Origin: a virus | Taxonomy: Duplodnaviria; Caudoviricetes | Length of the DNA stretch: 64,000 bases | Strand: one strand, 5' to 3' | Virus record (IMG/VR): IMGVR_UViG_3300005739_000025 | Shown here: piece after piece, positions 46,785 through 57,700 of the stretch | Layout of the letters: each line of letters opens with the position of its first letter | Position numbering within the stretch: position 1 is the stretch's first letter | Program-made: the position numbers and the translations under genes | Notes under the pieces: generated by a model | Seen by the model: only the letters and a program-made list of their open reading frames with translations | Databases searched by the model: none | What the model was told of the DNA's origin: nothing

Positions 46785-47231
46785 ATGATTCAGTCTATTC
46801 TTAAAAAACCCGTTATGAGATTTGCTAAAACTCATCAAGACGCTCAATTACCAAAAAAAAATCATTCTGACGATGCTGGCTGGGATTTATTTTCTGTAGA
46901 AAATAAAATTATTAAAGCTAAAGAGAAAGCAGTCGTTGATGTCGGCTTACAACTAGCTTATTTAGAGCCTGGTTATTGGATTAGAGTTGCTTCAAGATCT
47001 GGATTATCATTTAAGAATGGTATTTTAGCTCATCCTGGTGTTATTGATACGGGATATAGAGGTACTCTTGGAGTACTATTGTATAATCATGATTTAGTTG
47101 ATCACGAAGTTAAAGTAGGTGATAGAATTGCCCAAATAGTTGTACATTTTAACGTTGACTTAGACGTGGAATGGGGTAATATAGAAACTACAGAACGAGG
47201 TGAAAAAGGTTTTGGTTCTTCTGGAAGATAA
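46785..47231 (+). CDS. dut: trimeric dUTPase
   Basis: DAGWDL, SRSGL, GVIDTGYRG, GDRIAQ, RGEKGFGSSG. Confidence 0.96.
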   Translation: MIQSILKKPVMRFAKTHQDAQLPKKNHSDDAGWDLFSVENKIIKAKEKAVVDVGLQLAYLEPGYWIRVASRSGLSFKNGILAHPGVIDTGYRGTLGVLLYNHDLVDHEVKVGDRIAQIVVHFNVDLDVEWGNIETTERGEKGFGSSGR

Positions 47232-48166
47232 TGGAAAATAACTTAGAAAATCTTTGGATTGAGAAATATCGTCCAAAGCTAATTAGTGATCTTGTCTTAT
47301 CTGATGAAAACAGAAAGATAATAGATAAATTTATTACTAGCGATGAAATACCGAATTTACTTTTATACGGTAATGCTGGCACAGGTAAGACTTCATTAGC
47401 TAAGATTTTGGTAAATGTATTGGATGCAGAGCATTTATTATTGAACTGCTCCGAGGTTGGTATTGATACAGTTAGAACAACTATCACACAATTTAGTCAG
47501 ACCAAAAGCTTTAACGGTAAAATGAAAATCGTTATATGCGATGAAATAGATTCCGCTTCTAGTGATGCTCAAAGAGGTTTAAGAAATACAATGGAAGAAA
47601 ACGCGGGTTATTGTAGGTATATCTTAACCTGTAATTATGTTAATAGAGTCATACAACCTCTACAAAGTAGATGTCAATCGTTTTTACTAACCCCACCTAT
47701 TGCAGGTATCGTTAAAAGAATAGGTCATATTTTAAAAGTCGAAAACATTACTCTGGACGAAGATAATAAGAAAAAGTTGGTTTTACTTGTAAAGAGACTT
47801 TACCCTGATACGAGAAAGAGTATTAATGAAGTTCAAAAGTTCTGTGTTGAGGGTTCGTTAGCTTTGCCAGAAGTTAATATAGTAGATAATTTTGCTACCG
47901 AAATAGTAAATTTAATTATTAAAGGCAAAGCATTAGATGCTAGAAAGTATGTTATCGAGAACGAAGCAGGATTCAATGCTGACTACCAGCAGCTTTTGAA
48001 CACGTTGTTTGATATGGTCTGTAATCAGAATTTACCGATAACAGAGCTGCAGAAAAAGATGTGGCTTATTACTATAGGGGAATATATGTATAGAAGTGCA
48101 TTTGTGGTTGATCCTGAAATTAACTTCTATTGTCTTATTTTAGCCCTATCAGAAATAAGGGATTAA
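47231..48166 (+). CDS. gp44: clamp loader AAA+ subunit gp44
   Basis: WIEKYRP, GNAGTGKT, DEID, TCN, SRC, DTRK. Confidence 0.92.
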   Translation: MENNLENLWIEKYRPKLISDLVLSDENRKIIDKFITSDEIPNLLLYGNAGTGKTSLAKILVNVLDAEHLLLNCSEVGIDTVRTTITQFSQTKSFNGKMKIVICDEIDSASSDAQRGLRNTMEENAGYCRYILTCNYVNRVIQPLQSRCQSFLLTPPIAGIVKRIGHILKVENITLDEDNKKKLVLLVKRLYPDTRKSINEVQKFCVEGSLALPEVNIVDNFATEIVNLIIKGKALDARKYVIENEAGFNADYQQLLNTLFDMVCNQNLPITELQKKMWLITIGEYMYRSAFVVDPEINFYCLILALSEIRD

Positions 48167-48771
48167 CGACTCTTGGGCATGTAACGTGCTGTGTAGCTTG
48201 CTACTGCTGGATCTTTATCTCCTTCGGCTGGACTTGAAGGAATTTTTACGTTTTGGGTAGGAAGACTTATATTAGATTTAGAATCTCTACCATCACCAGT
48301 ATCTGTTGTATTTGTTTGCCTGTAAGGTGATAGGTATGAAGTTGGATCCTGTTTTGTTGTTATTTCTTCTGGATCTATAACTTCATTATTATGTCTTCTT
48401 AATGCATCCGGAACTGGAGCTAGATTAATACCTGTATCTACGTACTCTAATACATGCGCCGGTACAGTTACGAATTGATAGTATAATCCTGGAGCCGTTT
48501 CTAAAACAATGTCCACTAAGAAAGATTCAGCCTCGTTCTGAATATTACCTGGTTTGTAAGAGCTGGGATAAACTGCTTTAACAGCAGAGACCCTTATATT
48601 AAGTCCTGATTTAACAAATTCATCGATCTTTTGAAGATAATTAACAGCTTGTTTTTTAAAGAATTCATCTCCTTGAAAACCTTCTTTAAATTTTACCAAA
48701 TCTCCAACTAGAAAGCCACCTCTAGTATATCTTTGAATAGCTGATTCGTACAGTTTTATAAACTTTCCCAT
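48163..48771 (-). CDS. late hypothetical protein with leader MGKFIKLYE
   Basis: TATAAATA 5 nt upstream. Confidence 0.6.
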   Translation of the reverse strand: MGKFIKLYESAIQRYTRGGFLVGDLVKFKEGFQGDEFFKKQAVNYLQKIDEFVKSGLNIRVSAVKAVYPSSYKPGNIQNEAESFLVDIVLETAPGLYYQFVTVPAHVLEYVDTGINLAPVPDALRRHNNEVIDPEEITTKQDPTSYLSPYRQTNTTDTGDGRDSKSNISLPTQNVKIPSSPAEGDKDPAVASYTARYMPKSR

Positions 48772-48822
48772 ATAGTTATTTATATTACCAGGTATAAAAA
48801 ACTAATAGTCATAAATAATTTT

Positions 48823-49293
48823 ATGTCATCTATAGTAATTGATACCCTTAAAGTGAAAGATAAGGGTAAACCTATTTATGTTGATATTGAGCTGGATTTA
48901 AAGCAAAATTACGCTAAAAGTCCTAGATTAAACAGTAAAAACGTTTTAAAAGATTTAGTAGCTTCTTTTGATGTAGATGCGGTAAAAAATAGCTTATTCA
49001 ATCTATTTACTACCATACCCGGACAAAAGATTTTAAATCCTATTTATGGTTTGAACCTTTTACAATTTGTTTTTACAGGTATAACTGAAATAAACGCAAA
49101 CTTAATGGGCAATTTAATTTTAGAGGGTATTAATAAATTTGAACCGAGATTAGAAGTTAAAAAGATTTTTATTTTTCCAGATATAGAAAATCAAACTTAT
49201 GAAATTGGTCTTAGATTAGATGTACCTTCGTTAAATATATTAGGTATTACCTTACAGGGTAAACTATCAGAATCAGGATTTTATTTTAACTAA
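48823..49293 (+). CDS. gp25: baseplate wedge protein gp25
   Basis: AVKNSLFNLFTTIPGQKILNPIYG, KFEPR. Confidence 0.9.
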   Translation: MSSIVIDTLKVKDKGKPIYVDIELDLKQNYAKSPRLNSKNVLKDLVASFDVDAVKNSLFNLFTTIPGQKILNPIYGLNLLQFVFTGITEINANLMGNLILEGINKFEPRLEVKKIFIFPDIENQTYEIGLRLDVPSLNILGITLQGKLSESGFYFN

Positions 49294-49295
49294 AA

Positions 49296-51170
49296 ATGAG
49301 CGACACAAACAAACAAAGACCATTTGACCAGGAGTTTCCGTTATCTTATAACGCGTATGCTGCTTTTGACGCGCAAAGCTTAAAGCTATTAATGCAGCAA
49401 CGTCTTACTGAAAACGGGGTTTTTACAGATCAAATTTTTGAAGGAAGCAATTTTAATAATTTACTTGATGTGGTGGCGTACAGTTATAATGTGTTGCTCT
49501 ACTATTTAAATCAAACAAGTAATGAGAGTTTATTTTCAAATGTTACTCTTTATGAGAACATGAGCAAAATAGTAAAATTATTAAATTATAAACCAATTGG
49601 GCTACATTCTTCTGTTTTGAGCTTTCAGGCAGAGGCAAATGAATTGTTAGAACCAGGGGTATATACAATTCCTAGGTTTTCTTACTTTACGGTAAATGAT
49701 ATTATTTACAGTGTTAATAACGACCTTACATTTGTCAAAAGTTCAACAGGGGTTGAAACATTAAACGAACTTAGTGATTTTTCCTTACTTTATCAAGGGG
49801 AATTTATTGAATATCCAATTTATGTTTCAACAGGTGAAAACTTTGAAGAAGTAAATATAGTATCCGTAGATTCAGATGGTAATAACGAGCCTATAGATCA
49901 CAGCAACTTTTACGTATTTGTTAGAAATGAAACAGGTAAATGGAGAGAGTGGAAGAGAGTAGAATCTCTCTATTTACAAAACGGTAGTAATGAGTGTTTT
50001 GAGGTTAGATTGAACGAAAATCAAAGATATACAGTAAAGTTCGGTAACAGCGTTACAGGTAAAAAATTAATTGCAGGTAATTTAGTAGCAATTTATTATT
50101 TAAGATCGGATAAAGACTCTGGGTTTATAGGACCCAATACACTAGATAATAATAAAATGTTCTTTTATTCTACAGAACAATATAACGCTATTGTAAATGA
50201 TATTAGAGATGCTAAAACTAGATTAATAACTTTAGAAGAAGTTAGTAATATTAATTTTACAAACACAGAAGCTTCATCACCTTATTCTGATGTAGAAACA
50301 GTAGCTCAAATAAGACAAAATGCACCAAACACATTTAGACAACAAAATAGATTAGTTACTATAGAAGATTTTGAATCTTACATTCATACAAATTTTGGCA
50401 ATATATTAACAGATGTAAAAGTGGTAAATAACTGGGATTATTTAGACGAGCATATTAGATATTTGTATAATATAGGTTTAAAAGAACCGTCATTAGATAG
50501 TAGGGTATTGTTAAATCAGGTAAGATTTGCTGATAGTTGTAATTTTAACAACATTTACATTTATGGTATACCTAAAAAATTAATTACTAATAATTTTACT
50601 TTTGATAGAGGATTTTTAAGTGAAGGTATTAAAGACTATATATTAAACAAAATTAATGCCTTAAAAATGTCTACAACAGAAATAGTATTTCAAGACCCTG
50701 TTTTTTTTGCTGTAGGTTTTGGGGTTGCAACCCAAGAAGAAATTTTTAACAACAATTTGACTACAGATATAGTTAAACAAAGCAAACTAGTAGTAAGTAG
50801 ATCCGCTTCTAGTAATTTAAGTATAAGCGAAATAAAAAATCAAATAAAACAAACAATACTGGATTACTTTTCATTTTCTAATACTAGACTTGGTCAAGAG
50901 ATAGACTTACAACTATTAACCCAACAGATTTACAATTTAGGGGGGGTTAAAAATATATTTACAACAAGAGATGGGGTGGTTACCCCGGGTTTAAATTTAT
51001 TAGGATTTAATCCAGTATATAATTTTAAAAATGAAGATATAGGTATAATAGCTCAAAATACTAAACTACCATTTTTTAAAATCCCATATTGGTATGATGT
51101 GTCAGGTTTAGATTCGCAGATAGAAGTAATATCTTCTGACTATTTAATAAACAGTAAAAGAGAGTATTAA
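49296..51170 (+). CDS. gp6: baseplate wedge protein gp6-like
   Basis: FD...LK, FEGSN...LLDVVAY, NE, Y.VKFGN...GK, IRQNAP, QNRLVTIEDF. Confidence 0.85.
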   Translation: MSDTNKQRPFDQEFPLSYNAYAAFDAQSLKLLMQQRLTENGVFTDQIFEGSNFNNLLDVVAYSYNVLLYYLNQTSNESLFSNVTLYENMSKIVKLLNYKPIGLHSSVLSFQAEANELLEPGVYTIPRFSYFTVNDIIYSVNNDLTFVKSSTGVETLNELSDFSLLYQGEFIEYPIYVSTGENFEEVNIVSVDSDGNNEPIDHSNFYVFVRNETGKWREWKRVESLYLQNGSNECFEVRLNENQRYTVKFGNSVTGKKLIAGNLVAIYYLRSDKDSGFIGPNTLDNNKMFFYSTEQYNAIVNDIRDAKTRLITLEEVSNINFTNTEASSPYSDVETVAQIRQNAPNTFRQQNRLVTIEDFESYIHTNFGNILTDVKVVNNWDYLDEHIRYLYNIGLKEPSLDSRVLLNQVRFADSCNFNNIYIYGIPKKLITNNFTFDRGFLSEGIKDYILNKINALKMSTTEIVFQDPVFFAVGFGVATQEEIFNNNLTTDIVKQSKLVVSRSASSNLSISEIKNQIKQTILDYFSFSNTRLGQEIDLQLLTQQIYNLGGVKNIFTTRDGVVTPGLNLLGFNPVYNFKNEDIGIIAQNTKLPFFKIPYWYDVSGLDSQIEVISSDYLINSKREY

Positions 51171-51172
51171 TA

Positions 51173-54100
51173 ATGATAAGCTTAACAGGTGTAAAGATAA
51201 AAACTACCACTTATCCGGATTTTGCGGCTATACAAAGTTTTTTTAGTTATACTTTGTCAAATACTCCATTTTATTTTAAATTACAGTGGGTTTCTAATGA
51301 TGAAAATTATAGAAACTTATTTAGTAGAAATCAAATTTTATGGGATTTTGGTGATGGTGAGTTTTACGTAGGTGAGACAGCAGAACATTATTACAAATGG
51401 CCTGGGTCGTATTTGGTTACAGCCACAATTTATGATGTAGAGGGTAATACCTACACCCTACAAGTAGATAATTTTTTACAAGTTTATAATGCTGTTCCTG
51501 ATTTGGTATCTATAGGAGATCTTGGAGGGTCAGTAGCATATCCTATTGAAGCGGGTAAAAAAACCCCACCTCTAAAAATTTTTAGAAGCAATAGCTGGCA
51601 ATATGATAGCTTTTTAAATGGAAAAAATTATACTGTTAATTTATACGCCTCAGGTTGTAGAAGCAATTTTATAAGTGTAAGTTCATATTATTCTAATTCT
51701 TGGTCACATCTTAAAACATATTTTGGCTTTATTGAAACAACGGTTAATGTTAATAATATTTTAGAAGATAAAATAATTGATTCCACAACAACAACAAGCG
51801 CTAGCGTTTATGCTGAGAGAATTAACACAGGGTTTATTAACAATAGCTGGGATGTAAAATTAAAATTTTACAGTTATCCAGAAAAAAATACAGTTTTTTG
51901 TGGAACGACCGGAGCTCTTTCAAACGATAAAATATTAACATTTGTAGATCAAAGAGCTAATCTTGACAACATTTATAGTTTTGATATTTTATACGCATCT
52001 TTTGACTCTACCATTTTTAAAGATGCAAATTATTTAAAATATAATTATAATTCAGATGACCCCTATGGTTTTATAAACTATCCTTACACAGCTCAATTTA
52101 TCAAGTCTTTATTCAATCCTGCTACAGGTATAAAAATAACATCCAACGGCATTTCTGTAGAAGGTCCTGTAGAAGAATCAAATGATAGATTTCAAAGAAA
52201 CTATTCATTTGATATATACCCTATAAAATATACCGATTCTAAAATAAATTTTGTATGCACATTTAAAGATAAAGACAATTTTACAACAAAATGCTATCCA
52301 CCTTTAAAATTAAATCAAAATAAAGCATTAGAATTAAACGACATAAGAGTTACATTAATGGAATATAATGGCATCTCTTCCACGCCAATTACCGGTGTAA
52401 ATATATATAAAAACATTGATATACCCGATTATAATAATAGTGGTAGCTATTTTGCTGGGATATTAGAAAGCAAAGAAGAAAGGTCAGTTGTAGCATTATC
52501 AGCTATATCTTACATAGTAGATGAGGCTTATACACTTCCAACATTAAACTATGGCTATATAATGCAGCCAGGTTTAAATCAATTTAGGAGAATAAAAAAT
52601 GAATTTAATTACGGTTATTATAACAATTCAGAAAAATTTAAAACTGGTGTAAAAAGTAAATTAGACACCTATAAAGCAAATGTTAGCGGCGGTGTAAACA
52701 TCACTTACGCGCCTTTGTTTATAAAAGACCCCTTATCGGGAGGATTTGTATGGATAACAAACAGTGCCAATGATTCATTACTATTATTTGACACGGAGGG
52801 TCAACAAAAAGGTATAGTGTTTTTTAGAAGATTGAGGGTTTTTAGACCTAGTCCGTCCGGCATAGGCGGATCAGCCCCTATTATAAATGCATTGGGGGAT
52901 AATAGAAGTGCTTCACCCTGTAATATCGCTATTGATAGCAACGGTGATGCTTGGGTTACCTTAAGAGATACAATTACTTCATTTAAGCTGGATAAAAATA
53001 CTTTGATTGCTACTAAAGTGATAATACCCTCAGTCAAAAGCTTTCCATTTTACAGTAGTGATACAGATTATCTTTCTTTATGTGGTTTTGCGGGTGAAGA
53101 TTCTGTTTTACCTTCTAGTATAGATGTAGATAGAAATGACAATGTTTATATTTCTTACACAAATACACTTTGCAGCTTTATAGCAAAATATGACAAAGAT
53201 GGGAAAGAATTGTTAAAAATTCCATTTTTATTCCCGTACACAATAAAACAACTATTAATTGACACAGAAAATAATATTTGGGCTACCTCTTTTAATAACG
53301 CGGGTTTATTAGACGAATTAAACGTTCCCCAAACAACGAATATTGTTAATAGAGTAGATTTACTATATTATATAGATCAAAAAAATCCGCTAAACAACTT
53401 TGTTAAAAGATTTTCAATGTTAGGCGACCTAACAATGGATAGTGGTGGTAACGTTTGGGTCAACAGTCAAAACAATACTATTAACAGAATAACAAAAGAT
53501 GGCAATGTAATAAGTTTTTTAATGGGTAACCCTGAAAGTGTAACCGATTATATTCAAGATTTTGGAGGGCTGGCCGGAGATTTGGATGGAAATCTTTGGG
53601 TAATAAACAATTCAGAAGGATTAATACAATTTTTTGATACAAAAAATCCTCGACAGCTTGATCCATCAGATTACAGTAGCACTATAATACCTGGTATTTT
53701 GCCAGCAATTGTATTACCGGATACATTTAAAACCGTATCCGAGGAAGGTACCTTTGCATATTACCAGACTATTGGTGATTTTACAGGTATTAGATGGGCG
53801 TTAAAAAATAGAGTGAGAACAACGACCGCCCCGAGAATTGTTACAGGTACAAGTAATTACTTTACAATTAGAAAACCTGAATCTATAGTAGTAAAGAAAA
53901 ACGAAAATTATGATTTAGCTACCACAATAAGAAGTTATGCTTTACAGGAATCGCTATATAATAGTACAGACTTTTTTAATAATTTTTTAACCCCAATACT
54001 TAACGGTAATACAGGTAATGTTGATGAATTGGGTAAAGTCATATACGAAAAAATTACCAATTTTGTTGATAATAATTCTGATATAGACAAATGCAATCTA

Positions 54101-54703
54101 AGAAGTTTACAATCTATTTACGAAATGTTTGGTGAAGAATTTACAGATTTTTATTTTTCCGCGCCACCGTTTATGAGAAGAGTAATTGACTTACTATCAA
54201 TTAAAAAATGTATATTATATGGCAATTTTAATACCTTTAACAGACAGTTTATCTTATCTTCTTTTGAATATTCTATCGATTCAAATTTAGGTGCAGAGAT
54301 AGATATTGAAACCGGAAAATTTACACCCGGGTTGCCAATAATCACTTACGAGTATTTTAGTAAAAAATATAATTTAGTTCATAATACTTTAGTAAAGGCA
54401 CCTGGATTAAGTGCATTTAAACCCTATCCCCTATCAGCTATAAATTATAATTGGGGGTGGGGTTTAATTACAGGAAATATAGAACAAGATTACAGGGAAA
54501 TTAAAAATTATTATAAATTTTTTGCTTTTAAACCTACAAACAATAAAGATCTTTATGACGGCTTAATAGACTTTGATGATAGTCTTACTAGACTTGAAAA
54601 AGAAATAATCGATTTTAATGAATGGAAATCGTATGCAGGTACGATGGAGTATATAATTGGTGGTAATTTGTATAAAAACCTTAAACAGTTTAAAATACAG
54701 TAA
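51173..54703 (+). CDS. large baseplate protein (gp7-like position) with a PKD domain and NHL-type beta-propeller
   Basis: WDFGDG...HYY..PG.Y.VT (PKD); repeated IAIDSNGDAWV / DVDRNDNVYI / DSGGNVWV / DLDGNLWV blades. Confidence 0.7.
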   Translation: MISLTGVKIKTTTYPDFAAIQSFFSYTLSNTPFYFKLQWVSNDENYRNLFSRNQILWDFGDGEFYVGETAEHYYKWPGSYLVTATIYDVEGNTYTLQVDNFLQVYNAVPDLVSIGDLGGSVAYPIEAGKKTPPLKIFRSNSWQYDSFLNGKNYTVNLYASGCRSNFISVSSYYSNSWSHLKTYFGFIETTVNVNNILEDKIIDSTTTTSASVYAERINTGFINNSWDVKLKFYSYPEKNTVFCGTTGALSNDKILTFVDQRANLDNIYSFDILYASFDSTIFKDANYLKYNYNSDDPYGFINYPYTAQFIKSLFNPATGIKITSNGISVEGPVEESNDRFQRNYSFDIYPIKYTDSKINFVCTFKDKDNFTTKCYPPLKLNQNKALELNDIRVTLMEYNGISSTPITGVNIYKNIDIPDYNNSGSYFAGILESKEERSVVALSAISYIVDEAYTLPTLNYGYIMQPGLNQFRRIKNEFNYGYYNNSEKFKTGVKSKLDTYKANVSGGVNITYAPLFIKDPLSGGFVWITNSANDSLLLFDTEGQQKGIVFFRRLRVFRPSPSGIGGSAPIINALGDNRSASPCNIAIDSNGDAWVTLRDTITSFKLDKNTLIATKVIIPSVKSFPFYSSDTDYLSLCGFAGEDSVLPSSIDVDRNDNVYISYTNTLCSFIAKYDKDGKELLKIPFLFPYTIKQLLIDTENNIWATSFNNAGLLDELNVPQTTNIVNRVDLLYYIDQKNPLNNFVKRFSMLGDLTMDSGGNVWVNSQNNTINRITKDGNVISFLMGNPESVTDYIQDFGGLAGDLDGNLWVINNSEGLIQFFDTKNPRQLDPSDYSSTIIPGILPAIVLPDTFKTVSEEGTFAYYQTIGDFTGIRWALKNRVRTTTAPRIVTGTSNYFTIRKPESIVVKKNENYDLATTIRSYALQESLYNSTDFFNNFLTPILNGNTGNVDELGKVIYEKITNFVDNNSDIDKCNLRSLQSIYEMFGEEFTDFYFSAPPFMRRVIDLLSIKKCILYGNFNTFNRQFILSSFEYSIDSNLGAEIDIETGKFTPGLPIITYEYFSKKYNLVHNTLVKAPGLSAFKPYPLSAINYNWGWGLITGNIEQDYREIKNYYKFFAFKPTNNKDLYDGLIDFDDSLTRLEKEIIDFNEWKSYAGTMEYIIGGNLYKNLKQFKIQ

Positions 54704-54742
54704 ATAGGTATAAAAACGGGTGTATTATTTTAAATAATAATG

Positions 54743-57700
54743 ATGTCAGATTACTCAAAAGCATTACTGTTTAAATCATCAGGTCCTGCGACTTTTTTAA
54801 ATTGGTTAGAATTACAAGAGACAGTGTCTCCTAATTTTTCAGTTAATTTAAAAAATTATCAATCTTACATAAAAGAATGGGGTGTACTCAAAAACAGTAA
54901 AAAAGGTTCGTCTGATAAGTTTTTTTCCGATCTTTACATTAATCTGTTAAGAGAAATAACTTTAAACTTTTCAACAGAAGAAGAAAGAAGATTTATTGTA
55001 AATTTTGATTTTACAAAAACAGATAATTTAGACACAATATTACCATTTTTTATTGAAAAAATAAAAAGTATATGTTTATACTATTGCGGTAAAAGAGACA
55101 AATTAAAACAAAAGATATCCCTATTACCTTTTAAAGGAACAACTTTTTCTGTACAAAAAGCAATAAAAACTATAATTTTGGAAGATATAGAATCAGGTAA
55201 TGTTTTAAAATTCGCTGAAGGTAGAGTAAATTTTCCATCTCTTAGTTCAATAAATAAAAATTTAAGTGTTAAAGTAGAAGAAATTTATGATAGTACTGAC
55301 TATTTTAATACAAACACGGTTTACGAAAATGTATCCTCTTATGGTTTTAATGAAATAGATCCAAATTTATATATAGATTTCAAAGAGTCTATTATTAACG
55401 CCATAAATCAATATCCGTTATTTTTAACTAATATAAGAAACTCCTTATCATTAAGTTACAATTTAAGTGGTAATGAGCTCTATTATCTAAAAGAAAGGGA
55501 TTTTTTAAATTATATTTTTTCTCTTAGTTCAGAGGATTTAAAACTTAATTTAAAACAAAAACTTGCACCTAAATACGCGAGTTGTGATTTTTATTATCTT
55601 TCTGTAGGTTCAACAATAAATGATATTTTTTCAGGGGTATTGTTTACAACCAAACCTCTCACCGGTGCAAATACTCAAAATCTTTCTAACAGAGATAAAT
55701 CTGCTTTTGCAACAGTTCAAAGTCTTGATCAAATTTATACAACTTATGAAATGGGTAAATTTTTTATACCATCAAACACAGGTGTATTACAATATAACAC
55801 AATAGATAAAAAAATAGCTATTAATTATAAAAAATTATCTCCTAACGGGGTTTATGTATTTCCTGATCCTGGGGTAGTTGAGAGCTCTGATTTAGATTAT
55901 CCAATAATTTATAGAGTAAACTTATCCTGGAATAAGGAATCCTTAGAAAGTGGATTTAAATTAGGAGATGTAATTTCCAATAGTTATTATCAAAGATTTT
56001 ACCCGTATGAGAGCTATTCACAAGATGTTGTAAACCAACCTTACGGCCTTTCTTTAGCTAAAGATAATGTAGATTTTTGGAATGGTGAGAAAGACAGTGT
56101 ATGGACAGATAGCGATTTATGGCCTGGGTTAAATGAGATAGAATCATTACCATTAGACACCAGATTAAATTCCCTCTTGCAAGATAAAGGGTTTTTAACT
56201 GAATGGTATACAGATATTTACGGTAACGAATTTGGTCTATATAAAAGGGTAAGTGAAAACGAAAATATATTTAATAAAAGAAAATTTATACAGGGCGATC
56301 TTTATGTAAAAAATTCTTTAACAGGGTTGGTTTCTTCTGCTAACCATTTCTTCAATAATATATTTTTAAAATATCCTACAGAAATTCAGAAAGAGTTATT
56401 TAATAAACATCTGTCTTTTTATTTAATTAAAAACGTGTTTGTTGTAGAGACAGAAAATTACGTAATTGTTGATTCATATAATTTTGAATTTAGTACTGGT
56501 AAATTTTTAAATACCCTATTACCTGGTATATACATACCAAAATATACAATAAATTCTAATTTAGAAAAATATATTAATAGTTACTATGTTGAAAGTACTA
56601 ATAAACTGTATTTGTGTTTTGTAAAATTATTACCCTCCCTATCAGCATCAAATTATAAAAATGTATACCCTACTATATATGAACTTGATGTAGATAGTTT
56701 AGAATTTAAACAAAAATACCCCGGGCTACAATTAGATGTATCTATTCACACTCTATCATCTTTTAAATATGATAACTTTCCAGAAGTAGATATTAGATAC
56801 ATAGAAGGTGCTAAATTTTCTTACAAAGAAAAATTTAACTTATTTAATTTAACATATTGCGGTTACAATTTAAATGGGATACCTTTTTACATAAACGAAC
56901 AATTTTCTATAAGTGATGGTAGCGGGGATATTGTTTCTTATTTTCCTATATTAAACAAACCATATTTTTATACTAGAGATATAAATTTTTCAAACCCTAA
57001 TCCTGATTATAAGTTTAGATTTACTGGTAATTATTCTGAACCAGCTGGTTTTAATGATTTAGAGAATTTTAATTTTGATAAATTAAACATAGACTATAAC
57101 AACTTTCATTACAATACTAAAGTAAACCCTGTTTTTATAAACATTCCAGGGTCACACTATGTTCATTTTGATTTCGATCAATATATTTTTGGTAACGTTT
57201 ATATAGGTTGTGAAAATTTAAAGGTTACAAAAATAGATAATTTTAATTTTTTAGAGTTTATAACTGAGCAAAATGATTTGACTTCACTAAGAATATCATC
57301 AGATGAGATTTGGTATAAGGTTAGAAACTACTCATTTAATAACTATACTTTTAGTTTATCTGTTTTAAGACCAAAAAATACCAACGGAGCTGTGTTAAAA
57401 TTTAATGCTTCAACATCTTTATCAGGTTTTTCAGGTGTATTTTGTAAAAATTTATATTCTGTGTATAGAAATGTAAAGATAGTAAAAAGCGGAACAGGAA
57501 ACGGTATAGTTACTAGCGATCCATTCTGTTTGGATTGCGGAAATTTGTGTGAGTTTTTATATCCAATAAACGGTACTTTAACCTTAATTCCTTCCGCTGG
57601 TTTTAGATCCGTATTTGGTGGGTGGTTGGGTGCACCATGTCAAGGTTTAGCTAGTAACTGTTTTTTAGCAATTACCGATAATACTACAATAACTGCTATA

